Below, piece after piece: positions 41,719-50,006 of a stretch of 64,000 nucleotides of DNA. The DNA is taken from the IMG/VR virus record IMGVR_UViG_3300045988_133735; one strand, written 5' to 3'. The DNA is from a virus. The position numbers and the translations under genes were made by a program. Below the pieces are notes generated by a model. That model saw only the letters and a list, made by a program, of their open reading frames with translations, did no database searches and was not told where the DNA came from. How positions within the stretch are numbered: the stretch's first letter is position 1; each line of letters starts with the position of its first letter.

Positions 41719-42365
41719 CAAAACGAACTCCATGTTGCCATTCCGCAGATGCCGTCAGCCGCCAATCCATGTGCTTTCTGCCATTCTACCAGCTTAGCTT
41801 TTGTGCCAGCGCCAAAGATGCCATCTACCTTCAAACCTAAATGCCGTTGCAATACAGTCACAGCATAAGACACGCCGCCAGTGCAGTCCTTAGAGCCCTG
41901 ACGAATCGTGGGCATGATTTTACTCACGACCTGATATGCAGTACCACTTTTACTGACCCAACGGCTATGAGTCTCACGCACATCAACATGAACAAAGCCA
42001 CCCGTCACCTGTGCTCGACTATAATAGCCAATACCGCCATGTTTCTGGAAGTAGGGAAGGGAGGCCACGTACAGTGCAATACGAATTGGGTCAACACCAT
42101 TGATGTGAATATCCGCTGCTGTGCCCAGACAATGCTGACTGCGAGAACTGCCCCCGATTGAAATGTTATATGCAGGAGTACGGTAGGCAGAGCTGATTAG
42201 AACCGGCTTTCCAAAGTGGTCACGAATCTGCTGCAGAGTCTCTACCAGCTCAGTTGCCACCTTGAACTCATCGCTCCGGTCATTGCAAGCAAATTCATAG
42301 GCACAGAAGTTCTTGGACAGCTTCTTGTTCCAGTCCTTCTTCATAGAATATGTAATAATGCTCAT
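41718..42365 (-). CDS. endolysin: peptidase M15 (D-Ala-D-Ala carboxypeptidase-like) plus PG_binding_1 domain
   Basis: SAYRTPAYNISIGGSSRSQHCLGTAADI...GGFVHVDV (Zn ligands H, D, H). C-terminus LQRHLGLKVDGIFGAGTKAKLVEWQKAHGL is a peptidoglycan-binding repeat. Confidence 0.75.
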   Translation of the reverse strand: MSIITYSMKKDWNKKLSKNFCAYEFACNDRSDEFKVATELVETLQQIRDHFGKPVLISSAYRTPAYNISIGGSSRSQHCLGTAADIHINGVDPIRIALYVASLPYFQKHGGIGYYSRAQVTGGFVHVDVRETHSRWVSKSGTAYQVVSKIMPTIRQGSKDCTGGVSYAVTVLQRHLGLKVDGIFGAGTKAKLVEWQKAHGLAADGICGMATWSSF

Positions 42366-42377
42366 AGAGCCACACCT

Positions 42378-42698
42378 TCAATCCTTCTTAAGTTCTGCAT
42401 TGATTTTCTCGTTCTGGATATCCATCTCCTTGACTGCGGCCTCAATCATCATCTCGATAGTGGGAGTAATCTTGATATTCATCTTCTCCAATGCAGCAAT
42501 AACATACTTCTTCTTGTCAGCTTTCTTGATTGCGCCGGTAACACCCAACTTCTCGGCGGCACGCACAGCCATCTGGACAATCTTATACATACCGATCTGC
42601 TTCAGGTAGGGGATGCCATAGGTCATAAATGCGGTGCCAGCAACAGTGATAACCAGCTTCACAATAACAGAGACGATCTCATTAACAATACTTGCCAT
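42378..42698 (-). CDS. holin (LL-H-like family)
   Basis: A single N-terminal TM, then ...AVRAAEKLG..GA.KK...ITPTIEMMIEAAV, typical of LL-H-type holins. ATG 42698 follows cAGGAGGtattact. Adjacent to the endolysin. Confidence 0.6.
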   Translation of the reverse strand: MASIVNEIVSVIVKLVITVAGTAFMTYGIPYLKQIGMYKIVQMAVRAAEKLGVTGAIKKADKKKYVIAALEKMNIKITPTIEMMIEAAVKEMDIQNEKINAELKKD

Positions 42699-42758
42699 AG
42701 TAATACCTCCTGTTTTGAATAAAAAATAAAGCCCGGCACACACGTACCGAGCTATGTA

Positions 42759-43265
42759 TTAAATGTCTTTTAGATTTTGTCCGTCAATCAGGTAACTTTC
42801 AAGAGCAGCCTTAGCTTCCTTCATGGGGTCGATAGCATTACCATCAATACCGTGACTGAGTAGAGCCAGTAGGGCTTTCATCATAACATTGATACCATGT
42901 TCACTCTTATTTACACGCTGTTCCACGCCAGCGATTTTTCGTCCATGGTCTTCAACTACAATGTCCTGTTCCTTCTGGTGCTCTTCAATAGACAAAAGCT
43001 TGGAGCGATATAAATCCAAAACCTCTTTATCATTCTTGAGCTTGCGGTCGATATCTTCCAAATGCTTATCGTGTTCAATCAACTTCAGGTTCTGTTTCGT
43101 GTCGGGCTCTTTTACCTTCTTGATTGCATTTACAATAACAACAACAGCAGCTGAAATAGCCGTAATGCCACCAGCAATACTTAAAATCATTTTCCAAAGC
43201 TGTTCTATTGTAAAGCTGATAACACCCGGAGCATGAGTTGGTGCGGCAGTCAACAAACCAATCAT
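42759..43265 (-). CDS. single-pass membrane protein with coiled coil (lysis-cassette associated)
   Basis: Frame of track ORF 42759..43325. ATG 43265 follows cGAGGTGatgaa. TM ILSIAGGITAISAAVVVIV, then heptad-rich sequence. Confidence 0.5.
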   Translation of the reverse strand: MIGLLTAAPTHAPGVISFTIEQLWKMILSIAGGITAISAAVVVIVNAIKKVKEPDTKQNLKLIEHDKHLEDIDRKLKNDKEVLDLYRSKLLSIEEHQKEQDIVVEDHGRKIAGVEQRVNKSEHGINVMMKALLALLSHGIDGNAIDPMKEAKAALESYLIDGQNLKDI

Positions 43266-43437
43266 TTCATCACCTCGATTCTGTATTGACAAAAAATTCA
43301 CACTATGATAAAATAGGTATGTCAAAAATTCATCGAGCGAATTTATGACGTCCTATCTTTGTATAGGTGTGTGGCGGGAGAGCTCTGGGTGTAACAGCCC
43401 GGGGCTCTTTCTGTTTTTACATATACTTTTAGTTTGT

Positions 43438-43896
43438 TTACTGCTTCGGCTTACATACCTTACACCAGTGATAGTGCGGCTTGTCCTCGTGAAACATGAT
43501 ATAGCGCATCCAGTCATCTACATAAATGCACAACAAGGCAAGGAAAAACCATAGTACAGTAAATGGCAGACAGATTTGACCAAGCAGATTGAATGGCATG
43601 GAAGAGTAGTCCCAGATGTGTAATCCCATCATCAGATTCAATGGAATGCCGACAACAAGCTCCATACCAGTCACAAATAACGCACCGACAAAACCCTGTT
43701 CCCACATGGGCATTTCCCACGGAATATAATTGTTCAACCCACCAATGACCACAAAGCAAATGCCGCCTACTACAGCCATAGTCCAGTGTGAGTGACCACG
43801 CCATAAAATCTCGATGCAATAATAAAGCGCTCCTCCTATCAAAAATAGAAGCGCACATTTCAATAATTCTTTATACTTCTTTACGATTTTGCTCAT
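43438..43896 (-). CDS. four-TM membrane protein
   Basis: ORF track. Four hydrophobic helices and a YYCIEILWRGHSHW motif. Family not confidently recognised. Confidence 0.55.
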   Translation of the reverse strand: MSKIVKKYKELLKCALLFLIGGALYYCIEILWRGHSHWTMAVVGGICFVVIGGLNNYIPWEMPMWEQGFVGALFVTGMELVVGIPLNLMMGLHIWDYSSMPFNLLGQICLPFTVLWFFLALLCIYVDDWMRYIMFHEDKPHYHWCKVCKPKQ

Positions 43897-44513
43897 TCAG
43901 CGGCCTCCTTCTGCCCGGCGGTCTCAAGATATTGCTTCAGAACAGGGTCGTAGTTGATTTCAATTGCGTTCAGCTCTTCCATTGTAGTACAAGCCTTGAT
44001 AGCAATTTCTAATTCCTGCTGACGCGATACAAAGGGTTTTACATATGTACCGATTGCCAATGCAAGTGCAGCCAGTTCTTCATAAGTCCATTCTACACAT
44101 TCGTCGCCGGTTGAGTTCCATGTCAGCTTGAACGGTTGCCCGGCGGATGCAGAAATTTGATACAGCGCCAAATTCGAAGTCAACAATGCCTGTTTTTCAC
44201 TGGTAACACTGTAGTACTTTCCATCGGACCATTGAAGCGGATGCGAGGCTAGATATGCGGAGAGAGCAGTCTTAGACTCAGAAATTTTATTGTTTTTGAT
44301 TGGTTCCAAACTTTGTTCTTCACTTGGAACAGTTCCGTCCGATACGACTTCGTAGCAATCTTCTTGTTCCTTAACAGTCCACAATTCTTCACCCGGTTTT
44401 GCTGCGGCATTGTGATTACTCAGTTCTTCAACCATTGATGAATACAACTCACACTCTTCTGTCGTAATTATTGGTTTAGATATCTGATATCCAATTTTTA
44501 TTTTTTGATTCAA
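43893..44513 (-). CDS. tail-fibre accessory or chaperone-like protein (DUF4376-like C-terminus)
   Basis: It lies immediately downstream of the large fibre gene. The C-terminal part (...WNSTGDECVEWTYEELAALALAIGTYV...) resembles DUF4376. Confidence 0.4.
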   Translation of the reverse strand: MNQKIKIGYQISKPIITTEECELYSSMVEELSNHNAAAKPGEELWTVKEQEDCYEVVSDGTVPSEEQSLEPIKNNKISESKTALSAYLASHPLQWSDGKYYSVTSEKQALLTSNLALYQISASAGQPFKLTWNSTGDECVEWTYEELAALALAIGTYVKPFVSRQQELEIAIKACTTMEELNAIEINYDPVLKQYLETAGQKEAAE

Positions 44514-44524
44514 TTGTATTCACC

Positions 44525-47500
44525 TCATTTCCATCGACCAATTGCAATATAAGAGTTTTCATATCCACTCCATTCAACACCAACTGTAAAACCAGTAGTC
44601 GTTCTATTATCTATGTTCAACCAACAATAGCCGCCACTAAAGGCTATAGCATAATTTATATCAGCAAACGGAAGTAAGAAAGTTCTGTTTCGAGTCCTTT
44701 TCATTGTAAACCAGCAAATCTGTACTCCGTTACCAAAACGAACTGCACCAAAATAACCATCGGTAGTAACCTTTGTTTGGAAATCGACAGTACCATTTCC
44801 CGCCGTCGTGGCATAATTCACATTGAAATTGCTCGGATTGTATACATACATATCACCAGAGTCATTGCCGCCCCATAGCCATGTGGGTTGACCTTTCTGA
44901 CCAGACCAGTGGAACTTCATATATTTATCATCATTATTCAAACACTGGGCATTTGTAGCCAATCCCGCACTCGTAGCATAATTCACACTTTTATTTTTGT
45001 CCGCAGTATTATCTACGTTACCAAGCCCAACCTCAGCCTTGGTGTAGCTTGGTTTTGTAGCTGCTTTAGCCCATGCATATACATCACTTGCAGGCATAGA
45101 ACTTGGAAAATCCGTTATTTGAGACTTTGTATGCTTATGTGAAGTAGGTGCTTTACCATCAACTAATGCTTTCAAAGCTTTACCCTGTGCCGCACTAAGG
45201 CTCTGATCTGTACTATCACTTGTCAAATTATTCTGGATTCCGCGCCATGTGTTTGTATCAGTAAACTTAGCATCCGCTGGGACACTCTTGGCGATTGTGT
45301 ACCCGATTGCAACGGGCTTACCACCAGAGAAGTAGACGGGTTGATTATTGGAGCCAGCATTAGAGGAAAGCTTTGTAGCTGTTGTAGCGTTTGTTGCATT
45401 CGTTGCGTTCGTGGCATTTGTAGCGTTCGTGGCATTGCCCGCCCTATTAGCGTAATTAACAGACTGACTGCCGATAGTAGCACTTGTAATGATAGTACCG
45501 GCTTGAGCGGGGAGATAGACTTGTTCAGTGCTGTTATTGCCAGCATTATAGTTCGCGTCAGTTGAATAATTGAAAATCAGGTTCTCATTGCCGCCAAGGT
45601 TACCCATAGTCCAGTAACCGTTCTTTGTCGCCATAGCAGCAACGGCACCATAAGAATTATCACCCGCATAGCTACTCTTTACTGCAGCGCGGTCCCTATC
45701 ACCAATCCAAGAGCCGCCAGTGGATTTTGTAATTTGACCACTCATCGTACCACCGATAAGAGGTAGATAATTCCCCAAACCAATCCAACTTTTCAGAACA
45801 TCCTTGGACACATCTTTGATTTTTGTGCCATTGTCTGTATAGCCTGCAATATGAGTTAAATTTTCTGAAGTCAAGCCAGCGCCAGCGAAACCAATTTGGA
45901 TAGTTCTATTAGCGTCGTTGTAGTCTTTTACACCGTTGGAGGTTGTCGCGCTATCAGCAGTACCGGAACTTGTGGCGTACTTGACCGATTTGTTTGCGTC
46001 GGCCGTGTTATCCACATTGCTAAGACCTACTTGTGCTTTTGTATGAGTATGTGAAGCTTTTGCAAAAGTTCCTGTTGACATCGCCTTTATCTTCTTGCCA
46101 TCGGACGACCAAGCTGCGAGCCATGAACTACTGTTTAAATCAACAGAACCGCTCCATTCGGGTGCCACTCCATTTGCACTTCCTGCATTCGTTGCATAAT
46201 CAGCTGAGCTTGCATGGTCGGCGTTTGGGTGGTAGTTTTCAGTATAAAGTCGATTCCATCCATTCCATTCCGTTGAGCCATTTCTCCAATAAACGCCGGT
46301 GTTGTTGAATGCTAATTCGTGTGAATTACCACCAGACGAATCATTCCATCCACGAAGACCTAATAGGTACGAATATGTATCAGAAGACGGAGAGTTGATT
46401 TTGCTATTATCTTTTAATCCTTGGAAAATGAACGTATTTCTATAATCATTCGGCGTTGTGTTAGTATTTCGGTTGTCTGCTACCGTTGTGATACTATAAT
46501 GAGAATGATTTGAATTTGCTTTTCCGCTTAATTTCGAGTCGATCTCACTTTCCGTGTAATAACGATCATCGTGGGTATGCCCAGTATTTGATTTACCATC
46601 AAGTTTAGCATTTATCTCCGTCTCGGTATAATAGCGATCGTCGTGAGTGTGCGCTGAAGGAGTATAGGTAGATGGTTTACCTGTGATAGAAGCAAAAGAA
46701 TGAGTGTGTCCAGCAGTTGCATAATCTCCACTATTCTTAGTCACAATCGTGCCAAATCTACCACGGTCACAGTATTGCAGATTAGAACTTCCACTACCGC
46801 TAAAAGCACCATTCCAGAACGCCATGAAAGCCATTGTAGGGACGTAACCATCGTCGGTGGATTGATTTTGCCAGTCGGAATGTCCTACAGCGGACAGGCT
46901 CTGAACTTTCTTGTAGGCAGATGCTCCTAAATCTAGCCAACTTTGTAACACACCCTTTGAGACGTCTTTGATTACCGTCTGGTTGCCGTCTTTTGCGTAC
47001 CCAGCAATATGCGTTAAGTTGTCCTTTGTCAAGCCAGCACCATTAAATCCGACTTTTATAGTTGCGCCAGCAGCATTCCCATAATCTACAATGCCGGTAG
47101 AACTACCATTAAACTTTGTCGCAGTCACCTGAGCTGGAAAGTGTACGTTTTGATTTGCGTCCCAATTATAAATATGGTCTTTTTCCATCATACTATTAGG
47201 TACACCCCATGCGCTTGGTCCGTACATACGAATATCCATTACGCTAACAGAACCTTTGCCATCTGCTTTATTCTTGAACGTAAAGCGATAAGCATAAGCA
47301 TTGCTTGTTTGCGTTGAGCCGCCGCCAAAAGTTCCACCACTAAATCTAATTTCATTTGGACCACTCCAACCAGAAATTGGAACGTCTGTGCGAACGTCTG
47401 TAAAAGTTTCCTTGGCACCAATAGTAGAACGCGAAATATTCACAGTTGCTGATGTACCAGCAACAGATACCCAAAGATAAAGCATATTTACAGACGCATA

Positions 47501-48382
47501 TCTGTCAACCGGTGTGACCGTAACTCTAAGCTGATCTTTTGTTGTACACTCGTCTGCTTTTGTATGCTTGCCAGTATAAAATGAAGCAGCAGAACCCATC
47601 CGCATTGCAAATAGTGATGCTTTTTGAGCGTCGTTGGCACCATAATCAACCCATGTTGTACCACCATCAACAGAATATTCAACCTTAACGCCAGATGCCG
47701 GTAAAAATGCAAGACGGTTTGCACGTAAAACATCGATGTGAGCAGATTCAATAGGACCAGCATAACCGGAATAGTTCACATTGCCGCCATAAATTTCCGA
47801 AGTTGGATGGGCATGATCTGCGATAGCAAACTGGTTTTTATTGACAGCCCTCAGCTCATATCCATTCCAGCCTGCAAGCCAACTGTAATCTCCATAATTC
47901 ATACCGTCTTTTGAGTAGGCAAATGTAGTAGGTTTATTACTTCCAATATCATTCACATTTTTATGCGTATGATCTGTATTGCTTTTCCCGGCGAGTTTGG
48001 TATTCATCTCGGCCTCGGTATAATACCTGTCGTCATGGGCGTGTCCACTCGCCGCGTAACTACCCTTTGGCTGATATACTCCATCTGCTTTACCTTTGAT
48101 GTAGCTCCATATCGTAGAAAACTTTACGCGACCAAAACTGTTTCCTCCTCCTGTATCTTGCCGCATAAAATAGGTGTCATCAGTAGGAGTGGCAGTCCAG
48201 ACAGAGAGCTTTGAAAGCAGTCCATTTGCTCCAGCTTCGTTATTGTTCACCTTGCTGTTCAGCTTACCATCCATCTCGGATTCCGTATAATACCTATCAT
48301 CGTGGCTGTGGCTCTTCGGAGCGAACTTTTCTTTCAGCTTGCCCCACAGATACTGTAAACCAGCATAATCTAAATATCCCAT
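44525..48382 (-). CDS. tail fibre protein (1285 aa) with repeated H-x-H-DDRYYTE modules
   Basis: Four copies of (S/T/A)H(S/T/A)HDDRYYTE(S/A/T)E(M/I)(D/N).KL.GK(S/A)N. Repeated VGLxNVDNTAD and GAGLT..NLTHIAGY blocks. An N-A-T repeat run. Confidence 0.75.
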   Translation of the reverse strand: MGYLDYAGLQYLWGKLKEKFAPKSHSHDDRYYTESEMDGKLNSKVNNNEAGANGLLSKLSVWTATPTDDTYFMRQDTGGGNSFGRVKFSTIWSYIKGKADGVYQPKGSYAASGHAHDDRYYTEAEMNTKLAGKSNTDHTHKNVNDIGSNKPTTFAYSKDGMNYGDYSWLAGWNGYELRAVNKNQFAIADHAHPTSEIYGGNVNYSGYAGPIESAHIDVLRANRLAFLPASGVKVEYSVDGGTTWVDYGANDAQKASLFAMRMGSAASFYTGKHTKADECTTKDQLRVTVTPVDRYASVNMLYLWVSVAGTSATVNISRSTIGAKETFTDVRTDVPISGWSGPNEIRFSGGTFGGGSTQTSNAYAYRFTFKNKADGKGSVSVMDIRMYGPSAWGVPNSMMEKDHIYNWDANQNVHFPAQVTATKFNGSSTGIVDYGNAAGATIKVGFNGAGLTKDNLTHIAGYAKDGNQTVIKDVSKGVLQSWLDLGASAYKKVQSLSAVGHSDWQNQSTDDGYVPTMAFMAFWNGAFSGSGSSNLQYCDRGRFGTIVTKNSGDYATAGHTHSFASITGKPSTYTPSAHTHDDRYYTETEINAKLDGKSNTGHTHDDRYYTESEIDSKLSGKANSNHSHYSITTVADNRNTNTTPNDYRNTFIFQGLKDNSKINSPSSDTYSYLLGLRGWNDSSGGNSHELAFNNTGVYWRNGSTEWNGWNRLYTENYHPNADHASSADYATNAGSANGVAPEWSGSVDLNSSSWLAAWSSDGKKIKAMSTGTFAKASHTHTKAQVGLSNVDNTADANKSVKYATSSGTADSATTSNGVKDYNDANRTIQIGFAGAGLTSENLTHIAGYTDNGTKIKDVSKDVLKSWIGLGNYLPLIGGTMSGQITKSTGGSWIGDRDRAAVKSSYAGDNSYGAVAAMATKNGYWTMGNLGGNENLIFNYSTDANYNAGNNSTEQVYLPAQAGTIITSATIGSQSVNYANRAGNATNATNATNATNATNATTATKLSSNAGSNNQPVYFSGGKPVAIGYTIAKSVPADAKFTDTNTWRGIQNNLTSDSTDQSLSAAQGKALKALVDGKAPTSHKHTKSQITDFPSSMPASDVYAWAKAATKPSYTKAEVGLGNVDNTADKNKSVNYATSAGLATNAQCLNNDDKYMKFHWSGQKGQPTWLWGGNDSGDMYVYNPSNFNVNYATTAGNGTVDFQTKVTTDGYFGAVRFGNGVQICWFTMKRTRNRTFLLPFADINYAIAFSGGYCWLNIDNRTTTGFTVGVEWSGYENSYIAIGRWK

Positions 48383-48413
48383 AATCGACCTCCTGTCTCA
48401 GTAAAAACTGAAA

Positions 48414-49457
48414 TCAGCTTGCCAAAACAGTGTCGATTTCAGTATTTGTGATCTTTGTAATAGTAAAAATTTCGCCCAACGCGTCCCATGCAGAACCATT
48501 CCATGCATAGTTCATACCATTGCCAACGTCATACACGTCACCAATGGTCTGACCGCTCGTGGGCAGCTTGTCCGTAGAAGCGACGGAGCCCTTATAACGA
48601 TACATTGCGGTAATGTCACTCTTGAGTGCATAAGTGCTTGCCGCGCCAAATCCATCTAGCTTTTGTTTATCGGCAGTACTCATCAGGCCGTGGACGCTCT
48701 GTGTTGCGTCATTGTATGTTGTATTGGTTGGAGTAGCCCAAATACCATCGCCACGCAAATATTGACTCTGCTTGCCAGCCGCCGGAGCAGGAACCAGACC
48801 AGAACCACCAGCAGCCGAAGCAGTAGCGGCTTTAAAATCAGAATAAGTAGTATTATAGTCGGGTCCCCAAGTAGCAGAACCATCACCACTCCATCTTAGA
48901 ATTTGACCAGACTGACCGCCAGCCGGAATATGTTTATTGCCAGCAGAAGTCGGGTGTGTATAGTTGTTTGCGTTTGCAGCAATACCATCCAGCTTTGCTT
49001 TATCTCCGGCGCTCATCAAGCCAGCAGATCCAGAGGTTGCGTTGTTATAGGTTGTATTTAATGGGGTTGCCCATGTACCATCGCCCTTCAAAAACTGACC
49101 AGCATTATTAGCAGCAGGGGCGGGGACAAGGCCTGAGCCACCGGCTGCGGCACTGGTTGCACCCTTAAATGCACTATAAGTTGTGTTGTTATCAGCGCCC
49201 CACTGTGCTTCACCATCTTTACTCCAACGCAGAATCTGACCAGCAGAACCACCAGACGGAATATGCTTATTACCAGAACTTGTCGGGTGAGAATAATTGT
49301 TTGCGCCAGCCTCGATACCAGCCAGCTTATTCTTTTCGGCGGCAGTAAAATCATTGGAGGACAGCCCCTTGCCTTCGACTTTATCAACCTTGTCATTTAG
49401 CTTTGCCTTTATCTTTTGCCAGAAGTAAAGCAGGCCGTCATAATCTAACCAAGCCAT
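48414..49457 (-). CDS. tail fibre-like protein with internal tandem duplication of about 110 aa
   Basis: N-terminus MAWLDYDGLLYFWQKIK parallels the 1285-aa fibre (MGYLDYAGLQYLWGKLK). Two copies of ANNY(S/T)HPTS.GNKHIP.GG..GQILRWS.DG...WG.D.NTTYS.FK.AT..AAGGSGLVPAPA. Confidence 0.7.
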   Translation of the reverse strand: MAWLDYDGLLYFWQKIKAKLNDKVDKVEGKGLSSNDFTAAEKNKLAGIEAGANNYSHPTSSGNKHIPSGGSAGQILRWSKDGEAQWGADNNTTYSAFKGATSAAAGGSGLVPAPAANNAGQFLKGDGTWATPLNTTYNNATSGSAGLMSAGDKAKLDGIAANANNYTHPTSAGNKHIPAGGQSGQILRWSGDGSATWGPDYNTTYSDFKAATASAAGGSGLVPAPAAGKQSQYLRGDGIWATPTNTTYNDATQSVHGLMSTADKQKLDGFGAASTYALKSDITAMYRYKGSVASTDKLPTSGQTIGDVYDVGNGMNYAWNGSAWDALGEIFTITKITNTEIDTVLAS

Positions 49458-49469
49458 GTGTTTCCTCCT

Positions 49470-49940
49470 TTATGTTGAAAGTATCTTGTCTATATCTGAA
49501 TTCGTTAAAGCCTCCATGTACATAGATGGATCGCCAGTATTCACAACCAACTCGCCATTCTCATCTGTCATAACGGTGGTGATACCCGTGCCCTTGATGG
49601 ATACAGAACTTTGTTTTGCACCATCCAGCGTAATTTTTGCTTTGCCATTAAGTGCGCTCTTATTTGCACCTAGTGAGAAATTGTTGTCGTTTAACAGTGT
49701 CCAGTTGCCGCCCAAGTACGCATACAGCTTATCAGGTTTCAGATAATAGATTTTTTCGGCTAGAGGAGCCAATGGTAAGTCGCTCACAACCTCTAAATCG
49801 CTTCCGATTTTTACGTGAGCCGTAGCAGTGTCTCGATAGGCGTTTCCGGTGTCAAGGCAGACAATAAGCTGTCCGTCGATCACTGGAGTCTTGTCGAGTT
49901 GAGATTGTGCAATCTCTAAAAGTGATAATTTTGACATCAT
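49470..49940 (-). CDS. fibre or baseplate-associated hypothetical protein
   Basis: ORF track. The motif ...IYYLKPDKLYAYLGGNWTLLN is shared in type with neighbouring fibre-like ORFs. Confidence 0.5.
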   Translation of the reverse strand: MMSKLSLLEIAQSQLDKTPVIDGQLIVCLDTGNAYRDTATAHVKIGSDLEVVSDLPLAPLAEKIYYLKPDKLYAYLGGNWTLLNDNNFSLGANKSALNGKAKITLDGAKQSSVSIKGTGITTVMTDENGELVVNTGDPSMYMEALTNSDIDKILST

Positions 49941-49952
49941 GAAACTCCTTTT

Positions 49953-49991
49953 CGATAAAAATAACCCTGCACTCTGTAATGGAGTGTAGGG
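49953..49991 (-). terminator. rho-independent terminator after the 368-aa structural gene
   Basis: On the - strand: cccuacacuc-cauuaca-gagugcaggg followed by uuauuuuua. Confidence 0.55.
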
Positions 49992-50006
49992 ATTTATGTT
50001 AGATTA

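Noticed and set aside
41718-41733. Possible programmed frameshift fusing the endolysin to the SH3-like ORF.
   Set aside because: I found no slippery heptamer. The TGATG stop/start overlap is a standard translational-coupling arrangement. A frameshift cannot be fully excluded without protein data.
45375-45436. The short-period tandem repeat might indicate a CRISPR array or a satellite.
   Set aside because: It is a 9-nt in-frame (Asn-Ala-Thr) repeat inside the tail-fibre ORF, with no spacer-repeat architecture. No CRISPR-like arrays were seen anywhere in the window.
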